Virus record (IMG/VR): IMGVR_UViG_3300009157_000004
Strand: one strand, 5' to 3'
DNA: 20,000 bases
Origin: an uncultured virus (IMG/VR IMGVR_UViG_3300009157_000004)
Lineage: Duplodnaviria; Heunggongvirae; Uroviricota; Caudoviricetes
Within the stretch, counting starts at the first letter, position 1. Every line of letters begins with the position of its first letter. The translations under genes and the position numbers were made by a program. Under the pieces are notes generated by a model. That model had not been told where the DNA came from. It saw only the letters and a program-made list of their open reading frames with translations, and searched no databases. Below are positions 7,814-13,648 of the stretch, in pieces.

Positions 7814-7818
7814 AACTG

Positions 7819-7831
7819 TAACCTATTGAAA
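7819..7831 (-). promoter_or_regulatory. IHF-like binding site
   Basis: Minus strand TTTCAATAGGTTA against WATCAANNNNTTR (one mismatch); at about -32 to -44 from the predicted sigma-54 start. Confidence 0.5.
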
Positions 7832-7856
7832 TCATTGAACTCCCGTTTTCCAGACA

Positions 7857-7978
7857 TTGCATAATTCAATGGACAAATCAGTAACCATTCCTATTTAGCC
7901 CAATCTATTAGTCTATTCAGCTAGTTATCGCCTTGCAAAGTTCAATGCCCGAATACCCCTATTTCTTGCAATCTGCAA
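7857..7978. promoter_or_regulatory. Three TTGCA-N3-T(G/T)CAA palindromic boxes, candidate upstream activator sites
   Basis: TTGCATAATTCAA (7857-7869), TTGCAAAGTTCAA (7933-7945), TTGCAATCTGCAA (7966-7978). Confidence 0.45.
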
Positions 7979-8029
7979 TCTAAAGACGGCTGGTCCATGC
8001 CGCGACAAGCTGTCTATTACTCTCATCCC

Positions 8030-8080
8030 TGGACACGTTTGGACATCTTTGGACATCTATTCTCACCTGTGGACACCTGC
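8030..8080 (+). repeat. Helically phased TGGACA direct repeats
   Basis: GGACA at 8031, 8041, 8051 and 8071 (10-bp register). Confidence 0.65.
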
Positions 8081-8094
8081 ACTATTTATTTCCC

Positions 8095-8123
8095 TGGACG
8101 GCGTATTACCTGCATAGTACACT
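8095..8123 (+). promoter_or_regulatory. Possible sigma-70-type promoter for terS
   Basis: TGGACG-17 bp-TACACT, ~30 nt upstream of the terS start; weak match. Confidence 0.3.
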
Positions 8124-8152
8124 AATACACTGAGACACAGGAGATGTAAAGC

Positions 8153-8800
8153 ATGTTAGAAGAGAAAAAAGTGCAATTTTTGCACTTATACGTTCGCAAT
8201 CTAAGTGTCAGAGCGTCCGCCCTTGCGGTAAATGTCGCGGAGTCTACAGCATGGGAATGGATGAAACATCCTGATATTGTTAAGTTATTAGAAGATTATG
8301 CGGCAGTGCAGAATTCGCGGACAACTATTAACGTAGACAAGCTGGTGAAAGAGATTGCTATCCTGGCAAGTAGTGATGTCATGGATTATTTCGACTCACA
8401 TAAGGGGATATTGACGTTTAAAGACCTCAAGAGTCTGCCGCCGGAGATGACGCGTTGTATTAAATCGGTTGAAGAAACCGTGTCGCCCCAAGGCCAGGTC
8501 AAGCTTAAGATCCAGGTCCATGACAAGCTGGAGGCCATTGAACGGCTAACTAAGGTATTCGGGCTGGAGATGGAACGTGTGTTACTCGTCGATTCGAACA
8601 ACCAGGCGCTAGGCGTGGTAGGTACCGGCCAGCAGCAGGCGGCCCTCCCACCTGTCAATTCAATAGAAGACTGGGAAGCGCAGGTGCAGAGCGCGCGCAG
8701 GTCCCGGGATTCATTGCCCGGATTAAGCGCCCCTTTATCTCCGCCACGCACCCCGGATTCAGCGCCCACCAGCGCCCAGGTAATCGACATTGACCCCTAA
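8153..8800 (+). CDS. terS: Terminase small subunit
   Basis: N-terminal HTH-like region, 'VKEIAILASSDVMDYF' and 'HDKLEAIERLTKVFGL' segments typical of terminase small subunits; AGGAG RBS; first gene of the packaging arm. Confidence 0.8.
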   Translation: MLEEKKVQFLHLYVRNLSVRASALAVNVAESTAWEWMKHPDIVKLLEDYAAVQNSRTTINVDKLVKEIAILASSDVMDYFDSHKGILTFKDLKSLPPEMTRCIKSVEETVSPQGQVKLKIQVHDKLEAIERLTKVFGLEMERVLLVDSNNQALGVVGTGQQQAALPPVNSIEDWEAQVQSARRSRDSLPGLSAPLSPPRTPDSAPTSAQVIDIDP

Positions 8801-8949
8801 CCTACCCACACACACACGGGTTCAAATACCCGTTGACCCAGCCGATCACCTGACCGTAAATCCTAAGACCGGGGGGTGGCCCCCTCGATGGGGTGGGTGT
8901 ATCGTAGAGAGGTTGGATCTCACACGATTTTTTAGAAAGGTAATCAGAG

Positions 8950-9123
8950 ATGCCGAACGATAAAGACATAAAAGTGACACGTACAGATTGGCCTACAAAC
9001 ATGGATGAGTTTATTAAAAAGTTATGGGGGAAGAAGCAGGAGCTGGAGATGCAGGGGAACGAGGATTATTTCAGAAAGATGCAGATGGGGGACTGGGAGA
9101 TAAAGAGGCCAGGGGAGAAATAG
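8950..9123 (+). CDS. Hypothetical protein (57 aa; MPNDKDIKVTRTDWPTNMDEF...)
   Basis: AAAGGT RBS; purine-rich, coding-like composition. Not in the ORF track. Confidence 0.5.
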   Translation: MPNDKDIKVTRTDWPTNMDEFIKKLWGKKQELEMQGNEDYFRKMQMGDWEIKRPGEK

Positions 9124-9231
9124 GGATCTCAGCTGAAATTTTAAACACTTTTTCACATAGGGGTGTATTCGCAATTAGAAATAAGGCCCTGTAATTATTT
9201 TTTTATAAAAAGGTATTCAAGGGAGGACGAG

Positions 9232-9339
9232 ATGGAGGATCACGATCAAATAATCCACTTACTGAAAGATATCAAATTTTTCGTAATGGTTATCTGGATT
9301 CAAATCCTAGTTGTCTGGTTACTAGTTTTAGCGGTATAA
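9232..9339 (+). CDS. Putative 35-aa membrane peptide (MEDHDQIIHLLKDIKFFVMVIWIQILVVWLLVLAV)
   Basis: Strong AAGGGAGG RBS; 20-aa C-terminal hydrophobic helix. Not in the ORF track. Confidence 0.6.
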   Translation: MEDHDQIIHLLKDIKFFVMVIWIQILVVWLLVLAV

Positions 9340-9347
9340 GATATCCT

Positions 9348-9416
9348 GAGACAAGGTGACATGTACGACAAATGACATGTGGGACAAGGCGACAACTAGT
9401 CAACTAGTTAACTAGT
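9348..9416 (+). repeat. GACA array followed by three AACTAGT repeats
   Basis: GACA at 9350, 9358, 9367, 9374, 9383, 9391; then AACTAGT-C-AACTAGT-T-AACTAGT. Confidence 0.75.
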
Positions 9417-9453
9417 AAGGCGGTGGCCGCGAACCGGTTCAGATCAGATTTTT

Positions 9454-9668
9454 TGTACTCTTGTAGTATACGAGAATTAGCCCGGATACAGTTAGCGGCG
9501 GGTATGGAATGACAAAGTGACACGTGTGACACGGAGACAAAGCAACAATAATACATATACTGTATCTGTCATTCTGTCACACAATACTCTTGTACGACAT
9601 GTCATTCTGTCGGTTTGTACCCAAAACTCACTGTATCCGGGTCAAATCTCGTATACTACAAAGATACA
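9454..9668. repeat. ~215-bp imperfect inverted repeat with AT-rich centre; candidate replication origin or structured element
   Basis: Perfect arms 9461-9475/9647-9661 (15 bp) and 9481-9492/9630-9641 (12 bp); inner GACA repeats mirrored by TGTC repeats. Confidence 0.85.
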
Positions 9669-9694
9669 GAATATGGAGGGCCGGATTTAACCAT

Positions 9695-9711
9695 CCTTGC
9701 ATTTTGCAAGG
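9695..9711. promoter_or_regulatory. Palindrome CCTTGCA-TTT-TGCAAGG, operator-like
   Basis: Perfect 7-bp arms, just upstream of the RBS of 9734; same core as the boxes at 7857-7978. Confidence 0.45.
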
Positions 9712-9733
9712 TTTTAGATGGGGAGCTTAATTA

Positions 9734-10129
9734 ATGGCAGAAGCAGGAAGCAAGATCGGATTCCAGATGTTCAAAGACCTATTCGGCAAATACGTCAACA
9801 CTCTGCCGGCGAAGAATCGGGCAGCGATTATGGAAGAGGCGAAAGAGGCCGATGTGATGTCGCCTCTCCTCACGATGGAGAATGTTACCAAGCACTCTAT
9901 CTCGATAATCCTGACGGAGAATGATGATCGTGCGATCCTGGTCCAGAAGCGTATAGACCCAGCAGACAATTCGAGTGTGTACGTGATCGATATCGTGTGT
10001 AGATCGGACCGGACCAAGCTCCAGACGACTGAGGAGATCCGGACGATGCTGATTCTGAGCCCCAGATCGAATGAGTATGAGGAGATAGGACCTGAAGAAA
10101 TATATAGAAAGGTAATAGAGGAGGATTAA
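9734..10129 (+). CDS. Hypothetical protein (131 aa)
   Basis: GGGGAG RBS; on the late-arm strand. Confidence 0.75.
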   Translation: MAEAGSKIGFQMFKDLFGKYVNTLPAKNRAAIMEEAKEADVMSPLLTMENVTKHSISIILTENDDRAILVQKRIDPADNSSVYVIDIVCRSDRTKLQTTEEIRTMLILSPRSNEYEEIGPEEIYRKVIEED

Positions 10130-10130
10130 G

Positions 10131-10280
10131 ATGGCGGTTATCAACATACCTGCACTGAAGATTATTTATCCAGATCTTGTGAAGGCCTGGGAGAAGTACC
10201 GGAAGAGAAGTCAGCGTATATGGGCAAAGTACCCGGCAAAGAATGAGGCGACTAAAAATGAATGTACCCCCTCGAAGTAG
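10131..10280 (+). CDS. Small basic hypothetical protein (49 aa; MAVINIPALKIIYPDLVKAWEKY...)
   Basis: GAGGAGG RBS; starts 1 nt after the previous stop. Not in the ORF track. Confidence 0.55.
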   Translation: MAVINIPALKIIYPDLVKAWEKYRKRSQRIWAKYPAKNEATKNECTPSK

Positions 10281-10400
10281 GCGAGGAGTACCTTGTCAGA
10301 CAGACCTAGATTGGGGTATTCGCCGATATACCCGATCTGAGGAGCCGGCCCTTGTATACTGAGATCTGCCTGAAAGATCATTTTAAAAAGGTAACAAATA

Positions 10401-11060
10401 ATGAGAACAATAACGAAAGCTGATATCCAATACGCCGAGGGCATCGCATACCGGACGTGCCCGATTAAGGATTTCGACCACCCTTTGTGGAAAGAGTGCC
10501 TCTCTGCGGCGCGTTATGGCCTCGTTGATGCCGCAAGGAAGTATGACCCGGATCATGCCAAACAGAACTGGAAGGCGTTTATGGCCATACGAGTCCGAGG
10601 GGAAGTCCGTGAGATTATTCGCAAAGAGAGGGTCCAGTGCAGTGTAGGGCTGACTCACCGGAGCCGGAATAACCAGGATCATATAAAGATCTCAGAGTAT
10701 GACACAATCTGGGATATCGCGTCAGATTCACACCAATCTATGAATAAGGAGGCGGTGTATGATAATCAGGAGATTGGGGACGTTATGGATCTTATTGGTA
10801 AGAAGTTTCCTCTCCGTGTGGCATCGGAGTCAGAATCGCCAGAAGATATATTATTGGCAAAAGAGATAACCAAGTTGATTTATGAGGCGATGGACTTCCA
10901 GCTGCCGGCAAAAGAGAGTTATGTACTGGATCTGTTCTATTTCCAGGATATGACGATACCCGAGATAAGGAAGTATAGCAGAGTATCAGAAGATGAGATT
11001 CAGGCACTTATCGAATCGGGGCTCAAACATCTAAGAGAATTGTTGAAAGAGCTCGAATGA
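10401..11060 (+). CDS. Phage-encoded sigma-70-family RNA polymerase sigma factor (FliA/WhiG-like)
   Basis: Region 2: GLVDAARKYDP...AIRVRGEVREIIRK. Region 4: SPED...LPAKESYVLDLFYFQDMTIPEI...GLKHLR. ATGA overlap with terL. Confidence 0.85.
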   Translation: MRTITKADIQYAEGIAYRTCPIKDFDHPLWKECLSAARYGLVDAARKYDPDHAKQNWKAFMAIRVRGEVREIIRKERVQCSVGLTHRSRNNQDHIKISEYDTIWDIASDSHQSMNKEAVYDNQEIGDVMDLIGKKFPLRVASESESPEDILLAKEITKLIYEAMDFQLPAKESYVLDLFYFQDMTIPEIRKYSRVSEDEIQALIESGLKHLRELLKELE

Positions 11061-12634
11061 GTCTAATTGAACCAAAGAACATAGATACGAATAAGTTCTG
11101 GATACCTCAGGTAGGTCCGCAGTTAGAGGCAACGCTATGCCCTGCTGATGAACTGTTGTTTGCCGGCACGAGAGGGGGAGGAAAGACACATCTCGCGGTA
11201 GGTAAACAGATCATAGGTGCGCTTAAATATGGCTATGCGTGGAACGGGGCTATCTTCAGGAGGAAGTATAAAGATCACGCTGTAATGCGCAGATCCTTTG
11301 ATGAGATAATACGCACTACACGCCTACCTGCTAAACGTGTTGGCGGTGATGAGCAGCTTACAGTATATCATTTCTCTAACGGGGCCACCGTATCCTTGCA
11401 CGCGATTCCAGAGGTCAAGGCCCTGGAGGATTTCCAAGGCCAGCAGTTTCAGCTTATCGTGCTCGATGAGGCACCTTTATTGCCGTATATAGGCATTGCG
11501 ATAGACTTATTGAAAGGGTGTCTGAGATCTCCACACGGCGTCCCCTGCCAGATGCTGCTTACCGGCAACCCAGGCGGACCCGGTGCCGGGACAATCAAAG
11601 CGATGTATATCCCCAAATCTGCTGGAGGCATGAGCCCGGTAGAGGAGGGCCAAGTTAACTATATAAGGGAGACACTGCCAGATGGAAGAGCGTTTACTAG
11701 AACCCGAGTATTCATTCGATCTCGATTGCAGGATAACAAGTATCTCTGGGAAAATAACCCGGGATACGTTTCCAGCCTTATGTCAATTAATGACCCAGCT
11801 CTTAGAGCAGCCTGGCTCGATGGACGATGGGATGTCTTTGTCGGTCAGGCCTTCAACTTCAATGAGCGCCACATAGTCAAACCGATCTGGCCTATTCCCC
11901 AGGAAGTCCCTCTATATATGACCTACGACTGGGGACATGGCGCGCCCTTCTCTGTAATCTGGTGGTGGGTAGACGCAGATGACAGAGTTTATGGATTTGC
12001 CGAATGGTATGGCTGCGACCCCAGCAATCCGTCAAAGGGGATCAGATTGACCGATAAACAGCAGGCAGAAGGGATTGTTCAGCGCGAAAAGCAGATGGGC
12101 ATCGCCGGACGCCCGATTACGCGATTATGCGACCCGACGTGTTTTAATAAGAAACCGGATTATATGGGCGGAGGTCAGGGGCCATCTACCGCTGAAGAGT
12201 TCGAAAATTATGGCAACTCAGTAGGTTACAACCTGACACTCTACCCAGGAGATCCGAATAAAAAGTTAAAGATCAGGCAGTTCCGCAACCGGCTCGAGGT
12301 GCCCTCATCAGATGAGACAATGCCGGCTCTTGTGGTCTATAACACGCTTGAGCATTTTATCCGGATAATCCCCAATCTGTGCGTAGACGAGTTGACGCAG
12401 GAAGGGCTGGCGGAAGGCCAGGAGCTGCATCCCTATGATAGCGCTTGTCATATCTGTATGGCGAGGCCTCACGGTGCAGATTACGTTGCGCTTCAGGAAG
12501 AGGCGCAGAAGCAGGCTCGGGTCGAAGTGGTGCAGAATTTGGATAACGTGTCGCAGATGGCTAGTCATGCGATTGATCAATTAAAAGAGAAGCTTACTAA
12601 TCAACAGAATTATGATAATATTTTCTATGATTAA
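11057..12634 (+). CDS. terL: Terminase large subunit
   Basis: Q motif PQVGPQ, Walker A GTRGGGKT, Walker B LIVLDEA, motif III TGNPGG, nuclease YDWG and HPYDS. Confidence 0.95.
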   Translation: MSLIEPKNIDTNKFWIPQVGPQLEATLCPADELLFAGTRGGGKTHLAVGKQIIGALKYGYAWNGAIFRRKYKDHAVMRRSFDEIIRTTRLPAKRVGGDEQLTVYHFSNGATVSLHAIPEVKALEDFQGQQFQLIVLDEAPLLPYIGIAIDLLKGCLRSPHGVPCQMLLTGNPGGPGAGTIKAMYIPKSAGGMSPVEEGQVNYIRETLPDGRAFTRTRVFIRSRLQDNKYLWENNPGYVSSLMSINDPALRAAWLDGRWDVFVGQAFNFNERHIVKPIWPIPQEVPLYMTYDWGHGAPFSVIWWWVDADDRVYGFAEWYGCDPSNPSKGIRLTDKQQAEGIVQREKQMGIAGRPITRLCDPTCFNKKPDYMGGGQGPSTAEEFENYGNSVGYNLTLYPGDPNKKLKIRQFRNRLEVPSSDETMPALVVYNTLEHFIRIIPNLCVDELTQEGLAEGQELHPYDSACHICMARPHGADYVALQEEAQKQARVEVVQNLDNVSQMASHAIDQLKEKLTNQQNYDNIFYD

Positions 12635-12643
12635 GGGGGATGA

Positions 12644-12850
12644 GTGCCAGGATTTTATATAAAAGCAGTGCCTTTCTCCCCAAGCTGGGATTATGACCGA
12701 AGTGCTTCCTGCTATGTTTGCGATACTTCTGTAAGTTTTCAGTATCTCCCGTATACGATTACGCAAGAAGGAGAGCACAGATGGATCTGGCACTGTAAGA
12801 ACCCTGAATGCGAGAAAGCAATAAGAGAGAAGTTTTTTCATAAACCTTAG
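12644..12850 (+). CDS. Small putative zinc-ribbon protein
   Basis: AAGGGGG RBS, GTG start; CYVC...CKNPEC. Confidence 0.6.
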   Translation: MPGFYIKAVPFSPSWDYDRSASCYVCDTSVSFQYLPYTITQEGEHRWIWHCKNPECEKAIREKFFHKP

Positions 12851-12868
12851 ACCGTGGAGGACAAGACA

Positions 12869-13072
12869 ATGTTAGATTTAGAGAATATCTACAAGTATCA
12901 CGCACCGAAGAACGACCAGCAAGAACGCTATGTCGCTTTGAGAGATAAAGCGAAAGAATTGGCCAGATTGATCGAAGCTAACTGCCCAGAAAGTAGGGAG
13001 CGTTCAATCGCGTTCACAGAAATAGAATCTGCGGTGATGTGGGCAAATGCGTCTATAGCCCGCAACGAATAA
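12869..13072 (+). CDS. Acb2/Tad1-like helical-hairpin protein, putative immune-signal (cyclic nucleotide) sponge
   Basis: YHAP...QQERY..LR..AKELA..I...CPESRERSIAFTEIESAVMWANASIARN resembles the Acb2/Tad1 hairpin pattern; GGAGG RBS before the ATG at 12869. Confidence 0.75.
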   Translation: MLDLENIYKYHAPKNDQQERYVALRDKAKELARLIEANCPESRERSIAFTEIESAVMWANASIARNE

Positions 13073-13098
13073 CCTTTTAATCTAAGTTGGAGGACAAC

Positions 13099-13383
13099 AT
13101 GGATATGACACTTGGAGTATGTCTTTTTATCATCTGCGCTCTTTTGGCCTTAGTCGTTATTTTGGCTACTGGCATGAAGAAGAGCTCGGATAAACTTATT
13201 AACGACTTAACAAACAAGCTGATCGCGAAGGATCTCACAGAATACGCAATGTCTAAATCTGCGCTGGATTCCACGCCCAAAGATGAACTTAAGAAGATCG
13301 GGGCCGAGAATAAGCTCGCAGTCAAGGCGGCGCAGATTGAGCAGCAGATGGTCGAGAGGCAGCTTACGGGGGTGCAGGTATGA
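13099..13383 (+). CDS. Hypothetical protein with N-terminal transmembrane helix
   Basis: GGAGG RBS; LGVCLFIICALLALVVILA followed by a helical region. Confidence 0.75.
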   Translation: MDMTLGVCLFIICALLALVVILATGMKKSSDKLINDLTNKLIAKDLTEYAMSKSALDSTPKDELKKIGAENKLAVKAAQIEQQMVERQLTGVQV

Positions 13384-13634
13384 CAGGAGAGATCAATACC
13401 CCTAAAGAAACCCCCCCTAATGCGCCGTCTCGCCAGGAGCCCCTCAATATCAGTTTTATTGTCTTACCTGATGGCCGGCTCTCCTGTTCAACCAACATGG
13501 ACTATCTGACTTTCTGTTCAGTTATGCTCGACGGATGGCGTACTATAATGAACGGGATGCTCCAGCAGGCAGCCAAGCCGCCCTCGATAATCATACCTCA
13601 AATGGACGTGTCCAAGATAAAACTGGCACATTAA
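13380..13634 (+). CDS. Hypothetical protein (84 aa)
   Basis: ATGA overlap with the upstream gene; ends just before the portal RBS. Confidence 0.7.
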   Translation: MTGEINTPKETPPNAPSRQEPLNISFIVLPDGRLSCSTNMDYLTFCSVMLDGWRTIMNGMLQQAAKPPSIIIPQMDVSKIKLAH

Positions 13635-13648
13635 GGAGAATTTACCAC

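Noticed and set aside
9348..9668. Repeat region as a CRISPR array, IS/MITE ends or retron msr-msd
   Set aside because: No constant 25-45-bp repeat with unique spacers, no transposase or obvious target duplication, and no reverse transcriptase in the window.
13535..13648. Longer portal N-terminus given in the ORF track
   Set aside because: It overlaps gene 13380-13634 by 100 nt, and the AAGGAG RBS supports the start at 13649.
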